Assembly (NCBI GenBank): GCA_031362565.1
Contig: JANLSU010000047.1
Span: 13,692-77,691 of the forward strand
Direction: 5' to 3'
DNA: 64,000 nt
DNA from: a bacterium
Lineage (GTDB): Bacteria; Krumholzibacteriota; Krumholzibacteriia; G020349025
Below the pieces are notes generated by a model, which was given only the letters and a program-made list of their open reading frames with translations, searched no databases and had not been told where the DNA came from. A program made the translations under genes and the position numbers. Positions 1 through 9,785 of the stretch are shown here, piece by piece. Every line of letters starts with the position of its first letter. Position 1 is the first letter of the stretch.

Positions 1-317
1 CCGGCCCCGCCGAGGCGTGCCGTCCCCCGAATGAAACCCACGCCGCGCTGCAGGCTCTTATGGTCATCGCCGGCCGCGATCATCGACGTGATGCCGATGC
101 GTGGGATGTCGATGCGCGCCAGGCCGGAATCAGGCTCGCCAATACCCGCGCCCCGGACCACAACGCTAATCGTGTCCGGCGTCTCGGGACTGCGAGCAAT
201 GATCAAAGCCTGCGCAGCGTGGGTCTGATACGCCGCCGCGTCCCATCGCTCTTGCCCCAAGAAGACAAGACCGAGAACGCCCGTGACAATCAACAGCGCC
301 GCCGCAATACGAATCAC
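1..317 (-). CDS. Class D-like sortase, N-terminal part (runs off the left edge)
   Basis: Not in the ORF track. Manual translation from GTG 317 (GGAG RBS upstream): MIRIAAALLIVTGVLGLVFLG...LARIDIPRIGITSMIAAAGDDHKSLQRGVGFIRGTARLGGA. This is an N-terminal TM anchor plus the 'RI.IPRIG...L.RGVG...GTA..G' sortase pattern. Catalytic His/Cys lie outside the window. Confidence 0.7.
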   Translation of the reverse strand, partial: MIRIAAALLIVTGVLGLVFLGQERWDAAAYQTHAAQALIIARSPETPDTISVVVRGAGIGEPDSGLARIDIPRIGITSMIAAGDDHKSLQRGVGFIRGTARLGGA

Positions 318-332
318 GTGTCGATTCTCCGT

Positions 333-590
333 TTATGGCCCGAGAGGCCGCGGCGCGGTCCGCAGCGGCACCTCGCGGATGTGTTCCGCGTCGCGATCGC
401 CTTCGCCCTCGCGCGGTTCGCCTTCGCGGCGTTTCTCAACCGCGGGAAATGGATCGTCGGCTCCGAGGCGGCGATCTTCGCGATCCTCTCGCCCCGGGCG
501 AATCGCGGGCTCTTTGTGCGTGTCGCCGTCGCGCGCCGGCCCCGGGGTGCGGCGTTTCTTTGCGGGCGGGGCGTGCTTCTTTGTCGTCAT
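333..590 (-). CDS. Small highly charged hypothetical protein
   Basis: GGAGG RBS upstream of ATG 590; hydrophilic 85-aa ORF directly upstream of the sortase. Confidence 0.55.
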   Translation of the reverse strand: MTTKKHAPPAKKRRTPGPARDGDTHKEPAIRPGREDREDRRLGADDPFPAVEKRREGEPREGEGDRDAEHIREVPLRTAPRPLGP

Positions 591-795
591 GACGAACACC
601 TCCTACCGCGCATTCTGCCCACTGGACGATGACATGTTGGTGACCGATGCATGACAACTTGTTCATTAAGATTCTGACATCGCACCACACGCATAGTTTC
701 TCATTTGCAAACGCTGAAATGCGCGAGCCACGATGGGGGCTTCTGCTAAGCTGCGTTGCGTTTTCGTTCCTCACATACTTGCACGGAGGCCCCCC

Positions 796-3700
796 GTGGG
801 AACCGCACCTCAATCACCGCGCTGCCAGCATCTCATTCGTCGATGCGTTCGAACGGCCGTTCCCGTTGTTGCCATCTATGCCGCATTCGCCGCCAACGCG
901 CCGGCTGCGACGCCGGATCAAGTGGGGCAATGGGGTGCAGTGCTCAACTGGGGAGTGCAAGGGAAACACATGGTGTTGCAGCCAACGGGCAAGGTGCTCG
1001 TGTGGCCAACGGGCGACGATGCACGAGTGTGGGATCCCGCCACTGGGACGTTTGTGCAGACGCCGGCGACGTTCGGCGACCTGCATTGTGCCGCGCAAGC
1101 GATGCTGGCGGATGGGCGAACGATCGTCTGCGGCGGCGTGCTCGTGACGCCGCATGTCGGAACGCGCGTCACCGCATTGTTCGATCCGGCCACCAACACG
1201 TGGTCGCGCGGCGCTCCCATGCACTATGCCCGCTGGTACGGCACCGTCACGGTGTTGCCGGACGGCAAAGTGCTCGCCGCTTCGGGAGACGACGAGAACG
1301 GCAACCGCGTCACGCGCCCGGAGATCTACGATCCGGCCACGAATACCTGGACCATCTTGAACACCGCCCCCGTTCGCACCCAGAACCTCTACCCGTTCAT
1401 GTATGTACTGCCGAACGGCAAGGTCTACGAGGCGGGGACACGTACCGATACGGCATCGCTCGATGTGGCCACCGGTGCTTGGAGCGCCGGGCCGACGAAT
1501 CCGTTTGGGAGCGCCGGGTATGCCGAGTGCCAGGCCATGTACTCGCGGGGCAAGATCGTTCGGGCCGGCGGTGGTGATCCGGCGTTCGCTCGGACCTCGG
1601 TAATCGACATGCAGGCCGCTACGCCGCGCTGGCGCGAAATCGCGCCGATGGCGTTCCCGCGCCGCCGCCACAACATGGTGATTCTGGCGGACGGCAGTGT
1701 GCTGGCGACGGGCGGCACGCGCGCCGCTGACGACGCGAGCAAGGCGATTCTCGCCCCCGAAATGTGGAACCCCGTGACCGAAGCATGGTCGACGATGGCG
1801 GCGATGACCGAGGCACGCATGTACCATTCGGCGGCGGTGCTCCTGCCCGACGGGCGTGTAGTTACGGCCGGTGGCGAAGCCACCGGCCGTCTCCATGCGC
1901 AGATCTTTTCGCCGCCCTATCTATTCAAAGGTGCCCGCCCGGCGATCACTTCGTCGCCGGATCTCGCGCCATACGGATCGCAGTTCGCGCTGCAGACACC
2001 GGACGCGGCGAGTATCGATCGTGTCGCCCTCTTGCGGCCTTGTGCGGCGACGCACGCCATCGACATGAATGAGCGCTACGTGCCGCTTGCCTTTACGGTG
2101 GGCACGGGGAGCCTGCAGGTCACCACACCGGCGAACGCCAACGAGGCGCCGCCGGGCTATTACATGTTGGTGATCCGCAACATGGCCGGCGTGCCCTCGG
2201 TCGCGGCGTGGCTGCGGCTCGACTCGAATGCGAATCTCTCGCCCGGCACGGTCACGGGCCGGGTCACGAACGCCACCTCCGGTCTCGGAATCGCCGGCGC
2301 GCAGGTTGCCTTTTCGGGCGGTTCGACGACGACGAGCGGTACCGGCGCTTACACGCTCGGTAACGTGCTTCCCGGCGAGCACAGCGTCTCAGCTGCGGCG
2401 ACGGGCTTTGCTACGGTCCGTAAGCCTCTCATCGTGACTCCGGGTAGCCAAGTCACGCTCGACTTTGCACTCGCGGTTCCCGGCGGCGTCACTGGCCGGG
2501 TCACCGACGCAGGCACGGGACTGCCGCTTGCCGCGACGATTACCTCGGACGGCGGTTCGGTCACGACCGACGGCAATGGGAACTACTCGGTCACCGGCAT
2601 CGCACCGGGAACGCAAACACTTTCGGCAGTGTCGACCGGGTACACGAGCGCGACCCGCGATGTCGCCGTCGTCTCGAGTGCGGTCGCGACCGCGAACTTC
2701 GCCCTCACCCGCGAGGCGCCGCATCTCGAGGGGGAGATCCACGACGCGACGACGCGCCAGGCGATCGCCGGCGCCGTGGTCTCGTACTCCGGCGGCAGTG
2801 CGGTGAGCAACAGTATTGGATTCTACCGAATCGACAATGTATTGCCTGGAACCTACACACTCACGGCCAGGGCGCCCGGCTACGCGAGTCTCGATCACAC
2901 GGTCATCGTCACCCTCGGGTCGTGGACGGCGTCGTCGTTCGACTTGGCGCCGAGCGGCGGGAGTGCCATCACGCTTGTGCCTGTCGCGGATGCGCTCACC
3001 GTGAGCGCCTCGATCAAGAACCATGGTTTGGAACCAGCGTTGCGAGTGCATGCCGGCTCCCCGGTGTACAACAGCTTCCTGCAGTTCGTGCTGCCGGTGC
3101 TCGGTGGACCCGTTACATCCGCCAAGCTGCGCCTGTATTGCACCGATCCGAGCGATGTCGGTGGGCAACTGTTCGTGGTCGCCAATGGATGGACCGAGAC
3201 CGGCATCAACTCCGTCAATGCGCCGGTCATGGCCGGCACCCCACTCGGCCAACTCGCCGCAGTTGTTGCTGCAAGTTGGGTCGAGTTCGACGTGACATCC
3301 GTCATCACGAGCAACACGACGATCAGCTTCGGCCTCTCGAGCCCGTCCACCAACAGTGCGTACTACGGGGCGCGCGAGAGCGCACAGCCGCCACAACTCG
3401 TGGTGCAAGCGGTGCGACGGGCTTCGATCACCGGCTTCACGCCGGAGACTGCCCGGGCCGGTACGGAGATCATGATCATGGGCGACAATCTTGGCGCGGT
3501 CTCTGCGGTACGCTTCAACGGCCTGGCGGCGAGCTTCAGCTTGCAGTCCGCGACGATGGTTCATGCGGTGGTACCGGTGGGTGCGACCACCGGCCCGATC
3601 GAAGTCGCGACCCCCACCGGAAACGCCTCGAGCGCGACGAACTTCGTGGTCATCGCCAGCACGCCGACGGCGTTCGTCTTTCACCCGAGCCAGGACGCCT

Positions 3701-4479
3701 CGGTGTTTTCGGGCGGCCAGAACCTGAACTACGGCACCGAGCCGGTCTTGCGCGCCCGCAAGAAGAAGACCTCCTACAAAGCGTACGTGAAGTTCGATGT
3801 GACCGGAGTGGGGCGCGCGGTCACGAGCGCCAAGTTGCGCCTCTACGCGACCGATGCCAGCTCTGCCGGTGGCACGGTGAGCGTGGTTGGAAACTCCTAC
3901 AAAGGCAGTACCGCGCTGTGGACGGAAACGGGCCTCAATTGGAACAACTCTCCGGCGGTGCCGAAGCGGGCGCTCGCGACCGTTGGACGCGTCGTCGCAG
4001 AGACCTGGGTCGAGTGGGATGTCACTGCGGCGGTCCAGGGGAACGGCACGGTGAGCCTGGCGCTCACCAGCAATTCGTCGAGCAGCGCGTACTACAGTTC
4101 GAAGGAAGGCGCCCACGCGCCTGAGCTCGTCTTGCAAACGGCGGCCGCGGCGCTGACGATCGCGACCAAGAGCGAACCGGCGAGCGAAACGCAATTGCCG
4201 TTGCGGTTCGAGGCCTTTGCCGGCTTTCCGAATCCGTTCGCATCACGGACGACGTTCGCATATGCGCTGCCGCGGTCGGGGCGTGTTCAACTCGAGATCT
4301 ACGACGTTGCGGGGCGCCTCATTCGCACCCTCGTGGACGGGAACGAGACTGCGGGGCGCAAACGAGTCGCCTGGGACAGCCAGGATTCCAGCGGGCGGCG
4401 TTCTAGCAACGGCATCTACTTCTACCGTCTGCGCTACGAGCGCGAGGTTCGTACCGGCAAGCTGTTGCTGCGGCGCTAG
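796..4479 (+). CDS. Secreted galactose-oxidase-like copper-radical oxidase (AA5-like): kelch propeller, carboxypeptidase-regulatory-like repeats, two DNRLRE/CBM96-like modules, IPT/TIG domain and C-terminal FlgD-Ig
   Basis: Motifs DLHCA (Cys), RWY (Tyr), RMYHS (Tyr-His), ATHAID (His) and APPGYYML; two 'VTSAKLRLY' modules; FPNPF...GIYFYRL tail. Start placed at GTG 796 after GGAGG (ORF track starts at 733). Confidence 0.85.
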   Translation: MGTAPQSPRCQHLIRRCVRTAVPVVAIYAAFAANAPAATPDQVGQWGAVLNWGVQGKHMVLQPTGKVLVWPTGDDARVWDPATGTFVQTPATFGDLHCAAQAMLADGRTIVCGGVLVTPHVGTRVTALFDPATNTWSRGAPMHYARWYGTVTVLPDGKVLAASGDDENGNRVTRPEIYDPATNTWTILNTAPVRTQNLYPFMYVLPNGKVYEAGTRTDTASLDVATGAWSAGPTNPFGSAGYAECQAMYSRGKIVRAGGGDPAFARTSVIDMQAATPRWREIAPMAFPRRRHNMVILADGSVLATGGTRAADDASKAILAPEMWNPVTEAWSTMAAMTEARMYHSAAVLLPDGRVVTAGGEATGRLHAQIFSPPYLFKGARPAITSSPDLAPYGSQFALQTPDAASIDRVALLRPCAATHAIDMNERYVPLAFTVGTGSLQVTTPANANEAPPGYYMLVIRNMAGVPSVAAWLRLDSNANLSPGTVTGRVTNATSGLGIAGAQVAFSGGSTTTSGTGAYTLGNVLPGEHSVSAAATGFATVRKPLIVTPGSQVTLDFALAVPGGVTGRVTDAGTGLPLAATITSDGGSVTTDGNGNYSVTGIAPGTQTLSAVSTGYTSATRDVAVVSSAVATANFALTREAPHLEGEIHDATTRQAIAGAVVSYSGGSAVSNSIGFYRIDNVLPGTYTLTARAPGYASLDHTVIVTLGSWTASSFDLAPSGGSAITLVPVADALTVSASIKNHGLEPALRVHAGSPVYNSFLQFVLPVLGGPVTSAKLRLYCTDPSDVGGQLFVVANGWTETGINSVNAPVMAGTPLGQLAAVVAASWVEFDVTSVITSNTTISFGLSSPSTNSAYYGARESAQPPQLVVQAVRRASITGFTPETARAGTEIMIMGDNLGAVSAVRFNGLAASFSLQSATMVHAVVPVGATTGPIEVATPTGNASSATNFVVIASTPTAFVFHPSQDASVFSGGQNLNYGTEPVLRARKKKTSYKAYVKFDVTGVGRAVTSAKLRLYATDASSAGGTVSVVGNSYKGSTALWTETGLNWNNSPAVPKRALATVGRVVAETWVEWDVTAAVQGNGTVSLALTSNSSSSAYYSSKEGAHAPELVLQTAAAALTIATKSEPASETQLPLRFEAFAGFPNPFASRTTFAYALPRSGRVQLEIYDVAGRLIRTLVDGNETAGRKRVAWDSQDSSGRRSSNGIYFYRLRYEREVRTGKLLLRR

Positions 4480-4713
4480 GGTCGAACTCATGCGGTCCTC
4501 TCGGGGGACTCGATTCGCGATCTTTTGATCCCCCAAATCTGAAATTGATTGCGAACCCGTCACACGCTCCATAGAGCGTCTAAGCACCAAATGACGGCCC
4601 ACGGCGGCCCAGGGGCCACCTCGAGGCGGTCGCAAAACTCAGGCGACCTCCGGGATACTGTTGCGCATTTCTACGCAGGCCCGTATATAACCGGGTGCAG
4701 GGCCGTCACCATG

Positions 4714-4745
4714 TGGCTAACTTCTTGCACGGCCTGTGTTTTGCC
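4714..4745 (+). promoter_or_regulatory. Two adjacent sigma54-like -24/-12 elements
   Basis: TGGCTAACTTCTTGCA (4714-4729) and CGGCCTGTGTTTTGCC (4730-4745) both fit GG-N10-GC with TTGC. Confidence 0.3.
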
Positions 4746-4866
4746 GATATCGAACCGCGCCACCCCAGTGGCAGTGTTTCTCGATGCAAGGCACCCGTCG
4801 CCTCGCGTCTAATCCGATCCACAGCACGAATCCCGGCGTCCCGGGCGTGACGCGAGAGGTGAAGCG

Positions 4867-6960
4867 ATGCGGCTGGTATCGGCATCGGTATGGCGTATTC
4901 CGATCGTCTGGGCTCTGACCGTTGGACTTGCGTTGAGCCCCGGGCGCTCTCAGGCCCAAGGGAGTCCGTATCCGCGTCTCGCGAACATGTACCTGCAAGG
5001 CGCGGTCAACGCGGCTGACATTCCCGCTCTGGCGCGCTGGGACGTCTTGATCTTGGATGCCTCCTGGTCGAGCGCCAATCTGCAATTGCTGCGGGTTCTG
5101 AATCCCAACATCAAGCTGTTTTACTATGTGTGCGCGTACTGCACCGAGACGGTGCCGCCGCCGGCGAATAGCTGGCGCCGGGTGAACTACGACTATGCCA
5201 CCGCCAACGACATGTGGTGGCGAAACTGGAATCTGACGATCGCCAGCGATTGGCCCGGTGCGCAGCTCCTGAACATCACCGACTTGGGTCCCGCCGGCCC
5301 GCAGGGCAAATGGCGGCAGTTCATGGCTGCCCGCGTCGAGCAACTGGTACGCGACAATCCGGAAATCGACGGGGTGTTCTACGACAACTTTTGGAAGTCG
5401 ATTGGCTGGGAGCAGGGCGGTGCCATCCAGGTCGACTCCGATTGCAACCCGACCCACAACCCGGTCGGGTGCAACGGGCTCATGGATTCCGATGCCCAGG
5501 TCGATACGCTCTGGAACCATGCCCTGCGTGCCTTGGCGCAGGACACGCGCACCCGGTTCGACACGGTGGTCGCGCAGCGTGGCGGCCGGCCACTCGCGGT
5601 CATCAGCAACAGCTCGACGGATTACTTCGCCTGGCTGAACGGCACCTTGCACGAATATTTTCCGACGACGCTGGCGAATCCCGATCCTGGGAATGCCTAT
5701 GGCTACGATTGGAATCAGCAGATGCTTGCCGTCCCGGGCGGCTATCTCGTGGCGCCGTTCCGGCCGGCGCCGTATCTGGCCTCGGTGCTGAACGCCGACT
5801 GGTCCGGGACGTGGACGGCGCCGGATCGCTCCGCGGAGTTCGAGCGCCACAAGCGCTTCACGCTGGCGTCGGCGCTGCTCGGTGACGGTTACTACAGTCT
5901 CGACGCGGCGCAAACCGGCCACGGCAGCATCTGGTGGGAGCCGGAGTTCGACCACGCCGGACGCGGCAAGGGATACCTGGGATATCCACTGGGTCCCATG
6001 AGCCGCGTCGGCGTACCGAATGGGCCCGAGCTGGTCACCAATGGCAGTTTCAACGGCGTGGGTGCCCCGTGGTTGTCGCTCGCGACGCTCGCCACCGGCA
6101 GTTGGCGTGTCGACACGGCGAGCTTTCACACCGCGCCCAGTTCGGCACGCATCGACGTCACGAGCCTGTTGCCCGGGGGGTCCTTCAAACTCTATGAGAC
6201 GGTGCCAGTTCAGGGTGGGCACGGGTACACGATCAGCTTCTGGGCCCGCGCCACGGCGGCCCAACAATTGGAACTGCACCTTTACTCGCCCAGCTGCCCC
6301 AGCGTTCGTTGCCTTGGGGACCAGTGGGTGACTCTGGGGACGGCGTGGGCGCGCTACGAGATCCCGTTCGTGGCGACGGGTACCGCGAGTGCCGGGTTCA
6401 ACCTCTTCGTTCAATCGGTGGGGACGGTGTGGATCGACGACGTATCCCTCCGTGAGGGCGATACGTCGGTCTATCGGCGTGACTTCGACAAGGGGACCGT
6501 CATTCTGAACTACACGACGATCCCGCAGACGGTGGCCCTGGGTGGGAATTTCCATCACCTGAGCGTGCCCGGGTCGGCGCTCTATGACGGCGCGGTCGTG
6601 ACGAGCGAACTCCTGCAGCCCTCGGACGCCCGCATCCTGCTGAACGGCTCGAATCCGACGGCCGCCCTGCCGCTGGCACCCGTGGCCCGGGTTCTCGACA
6701 ACGAACCGAATCCGTTCAATCCCACGACACGGATTCGCTATTCGGTGGACCGCGACGAGCTGGTGCAACTCCAGGTCTATGATTTGGCCGGGCGCTTGGT
6801 GCGGTCGCTCGTCAACGAGCGCGTCCGCAGTGGAGTCGAGCACGGCGTGACTTGGGACGGCAAGGACGGTGCGGGCGTACGCGTGCGCTCGGGCGTCTAT
6901 TTCGCCCGCATTTCCACGCCCAGCTTCAGCGCCGCGCACAAGATGATCTTGTTGAAGTGA
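4867..6960 (+). CDS. Secreted putative glycoside hydrolase (GHL15-like) with CBM4/9-like module and C-terminal FlgD-Ig
   Basis: Signal peptide; YPRLAN, DGVFYDN, WEPEFD and YRRDFDKGTVILN motifs; LVTNGSF...YTISFWAR...VWIDDVSL module; EPNPFNP...SGVYF tail. Confidence 0.7.
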   Translation: MRLVSASVWRIPIVWALTVGLALSPGRSQAQGSPYPRLANMYLQGAVNAADIPALARWDVLILDASWSSANLQLLRVLNPNIKLFYYVCAYCTETVPPPANSWRRVNYDYATANDMWWRNWNLTIASDWPGAQLLNITDLGPAGPQGKWRQFMAARVEQLVRDNPEIDGVFYDNFWKSIGWEQGGAIQVDSDCNPTHNPVGCNGLMDSDAQVDTLWNHALRALAQDTRTRFDTVVAQRGGRPLAVISNSSTDYFAWLNGTLHEYFPTTLANPDPGNAYGYDWNQQMLAVPGGYLVAPFRPAPYLASVLNADWSGTWTAPDRSAEFERHKRFTLASALLGDGYYSLDAAQTGHGSIWWEPEFDHAGRGKGYLGYPLGPMSRVGVPNGPELVTNGSFNGVGAPWLSLATLATGSWRVDTASFHTAPSSARIDVTSLLPGGSFKLYETVPVQGGHGYTISFWARATAAQQLELHLYSPSCPSVRCLGDQWVTLGTAWARYEIPFVATGTASAGFNLFVQSVGTVWIDDVSLREGDTSVYRRDFDKGTVILNYTTIPQTVALGGNFHHLSVPGSALYDGAVVTSELLQPSDARILLNGSNPTAALPLAPVARVLDNEPNPFNPTTRIRYSVDRDELVQLQVYDLAGRLVRSLVNERVRSGVEHGVTWDGKDGAGVRVRSGVYFARISTPSFSAAHKMILLK

Positions 6961-7373
6961 ATCTGCTGGGCCCGAAGAATTTTTTTTCTGCACGAGGCGC
7001 ATCGCGCACTGCCTGCTGGACTGCGATTCCGGTCGATGAATGCACTGTAACGCAGAAGTCATCCGGCGCTTATCTACAGTCCGTACAGTGACCACACTCG
7101 CGGGCGGCTGTTGAATGGCTGCGCTCGTCCAGGAAGTCCGCTTCCGCCTTCTCCCGACAAGAGAGCGGACTGACTCGGAGAGAATGCGAACGAATGCAAT
7201 GCCCGGCCGCCTTCTGACGGCCGGGTATTGTCATTGGTGTACCGGGGCATCGCAGCGCTGGGTGGAGATGCGTGGCGCGGGGGTGGCGCCGGGCCCAGTG
7301 TTCGACCGAGCCGGCGCCCGAACTCGAGCGACTCAGCGGCCGAATCGCATCCCTTTGGAGTACGCCCGCAAGC

Positions 7374-8279
7374 TCAAGATCCGAAGCGCTTGGTGTACAC
7401 GTAAGTAAATTCGGCGCCCAGAAAGAAGATTTGCGCCGAGTAGTACACCCACAGCAGCAGGATGGCCAGCGATCCCGCCGCGCCGAACATCGAAGCGGTA
7501 GCGCTCTTGCCCAGATAGAGCCCGATCAGCCACTTGCCGATTACGAACAGCACGGTCGTGGCCATGGCGCCGATGCGTACTTCCTGCCAGGAAAGGCGCA
7601 CGTCGGGCAGGACCTTGTACATCAAGGAAAAGAGGACGAAGACCATGAGGAGCGAAATGACGAGGTTGGCGCCCTCGAGTACACCGGGCGGCAACGCCAG
7701 CGAAGCACCCCAGTATTCGTTCAGAGCGGTGATGCCGGCGCTCGCGACCAACGAAACGAGAAGCAAGAACCCCGTCGCCAAGACGAGTCCGAACGACAGA
7801 ACGCGATGCCGGACCAGCCGCAGGATCGAGCTGCCCGTTGAGCGCGCCTTGACGCCCCACATCGTATTCAGTGAATCATGGAGATCACCGAACGCCGCCG
7901 TCGCCGTGAGGAACAAGGTGACGATGCTGACCAGTGTCGCCAGCGGTCCGGCGCGGTCCGTGTAGAGGTTCGTGATCGCCGTCTCGACGAGACGGGCGCC
8001 CTCGGGCCCTACCAAGCCGGCGATTTCACCGACAATGCGCCCCTGGGCGGCGTCGCGTCCGAAAAATAGACCGGCGAGTGCGACGCTGATGACCAGAAGG
8101 GGTGCCATCGAGAAGATCGTCAGGTAGGAAAGCGCCGCTGCAAGCTTCGGGACGTTGTCCTTGCGGCACTCACGCAGAGTCTCCTGCGCCACATCGCACC
8201 AGCCTCGTAACCCATTCGCCGATGGGCGTGCCCGGAGTGCCGACGAGGCGCGGGCGCGCGCCTCGTCGACGGTGGTCAC
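7374..8279 (-). CDS. YihY/virulence factor BrkB family membrane protein
   Basis: LAAALSYLTIFSMAPLL and FGAAGSLAILLLWVYYSAQIFFLGAEF motifs; GTG start overlaps the upstream stop (GTGA). Confidence 0.9.
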   Translation of the reverse strand: MTTVDEARARASSALRARPSANGLRGWCDVAQETLRECRKDNVPKLAAALSYLTIFSMAPLLVISVALAGLFFGRDAAQGRIVGEIAGLVGPEGARLVETAITNLYTDRAGPLATLVSIVTLFLTATAAFGDLHDSLNTMWGVKARSTGSSILRLVRHRVLSFGLVLATGFLLLVSLVASAGITALNEYWGASLALPPGVLEGANLVISLLMVFVLFSLMYKVLPDVRLSWQEVRIGAMATTVLFVIGKWLIGLYLGKSATASMFGAAGSLAILLLWVYYSAQIFFLGAEFTYVYTKRFGS

Positions 8280-8611
8280 TTGCGCATCCGTCGCGCCAGC
8301 AAGAGTCCGGCGAGCACACCGATACCGGCGGTCAAGAGCAGGGTGCGCGTTGGGTTGTCTTGCAGTCCCTGCGCGACGCGGGCGCGGCCATCTTGAACGC
8401 TGCCGACCAAGTTGTCCTTGGCATCCACAACACGCTCCTGCAAGTGCTGCCGGGTGGCATCGATCTCGTGCGCCTTGTCGCGCAGGCCCGTCGACAGACG
8501 GTCTCCGGCCTCGTCGGCCTTGCGTCCGAGTTCGCGTCCCTTGTTCTCCATCATACCCGCGGATGCCGCGGCGGCACTCGCCCCGCTTCTCGAGCCCTGT
8601 TCGATCGCCAT
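8276..8611 (-). CDS. DUF883/ElaB-YqjD-like tail-anchored protein
   Basis: Helical charged body ending QDNPTRTLLLTAGIGVLAGLLLARR; GGAGG RBS. Confidence 0.75.
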   Translation of the reverse strand: MAIEQGSRSGASAAAASAGMMENKGRELGRKADEAGDRLSTGLRDKAHEIDATRQHLQERVVDAKDNLVGSVQDGRARVAQGLQDNPTRTLLLTAGIGVLAGLLLARRMRK

Positions 8612-8813
8612 GATGCAACTCCTCCATGTAGGGTCATCGGAGTGCTGATCGTGACGCTTCACGCCCAAGACTCCGTTTGCACTTTAACACACGGCTGCGG
8701 CACGAAGCACGGAACGACGTCACAAATGCAGCTCGGATCGTGACGAGTCTGTCATGTCGACGTCACGGCGGCGTCATCGTGATCGCAGTAGGTTTGGCGT
8801 GAGGTGTTGCTTC

Positions 8814-9026
8814 ATGGCCAAGCATCGCGAAGAGCAGAATCAGAAACGCGAGAATGACGCAGTCCCGTCAAGTGATCAAAGCGGGGACGAGCGTGTGCCT
8901 GCCAAAAAGACCAACGAATCGCGCCGCGGCAATCGTGACGAGGACCGCCGAGCACGCGAACGCTTCGACGCCGAAGGTGGCAGCCAGATGCACGGCGGCA
9001 AGCCGCGCCCGCCGTCCGAGTTGTAG
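8814..9026 (+). CDS. Small hydrophilic hypothetical protein
   Basis: GAGG RBS, ATG 8814, charged 70-aa product. Confidence 0.5.
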   Translation: MAKHREEQNQKRENDAVPSSDQSGDERVPAKKTNESRRGNRDEDRRARERFDAEGGSQMHGGKPRPPSEL

Positions 9027-9134
9027 AGACACCGAGGTTCGGCTGACCGGTGCTCCGCCGCGCCGGGAAACTGCGCTTCAGCACTCACCACGCCGGGGGC
9101 TCCGACTCCGGCACTACAGAAAAGGGAATTACTC

Positions 9135-9770
9135 ATGCGAAGTACGAGTTCGGTACTCCAAAAAGCGATCCTCGCACCGGCCGTCGCCGTGGCCTTGATC
9201 GCAGTCGGGCCACTGGCCGGAGGCACCGCGTGGAGCCAAACCTCCTACGCGGTCCTCGGCGCGCATGTCTCGCACAATCAGGTGCGGGATGCGAACGACG
9301 GCAATTTCCTGGGCGGCGTACACGGCGAACTGCGGCCGATCCCGATGCTCGGCCTCAATGCCTCGGTTGATTTCCGCTCCGACGAGCAGTTCGACGTTCA
9401 GATGGGAACAACGAACGCCGCGCTACACGTTCGGACCGTGCCGATCACGCTTTCTGGAAAGCTCTATCTGCCGATCGCACCGGTGGTAACGCCGTACGGA
9501 ATGGTCGGCGCCGGCTGGTACCACCAGGTCTTCGACTACTCATCGGACCTCGAGGCGCTTGGACTTCGCGATCACGACGAGACGACGTTCGGTTGGCATG
9601 TCGGCCTGGGGGCCAATCTAAATCTACAACCGCGGTTCGGCGTCTACGCCGACGCGCGCTGGATCTTCCTGGATCCGAATCGTAGCGTCGATAGCCAGAC
9701 GAGCGACCAGGTCAAGAATTTCGACTTCAACTCGATGAATGTACAAGCTGGCGTGAACTTCCTGTTCTAG
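9135..9770 (+). CDS. Outer-membrane beta-barrel protein (OmpW/OmpA-TM-like)
   Basis: Signal peptide, amphipathic strands, TPYGMVGAG motif, C-terminal QAGVNFLF beta-signal. Confidence 0.85.
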   Translation: MRSTSSVLQKAILAPAVAVALIAVGPLAGGTAWSQTSYAVLGAHVSHNQVRDANDGNFLGGVHGELRPIPMLGLNASVDFRSDEQFDVQMGTTNAALHVRTVPITLSGKLYLPIAPVVTPYGMVGAGWYHQVFDYSSDLEALGLRDHDETTFGWHVGLGANLNLQPRFGVYADARWIFLDPNRSVDSQTSDQVKNFDFNSMNVQAGVNFLF

Positions 9771-9785
9771 GCGCCACCGACGGAT

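Noticed and set aside
4717..7095. 792-aa minus-strand ORF and similar long antisense ORFs (2389-4194, 12142-13833, 34162-35967, 41969-43603, 51902-54190)
   Set aside because: They are shadows of well-supported genes in high-GC DNA, Arg-rich and without recognisable motifs.
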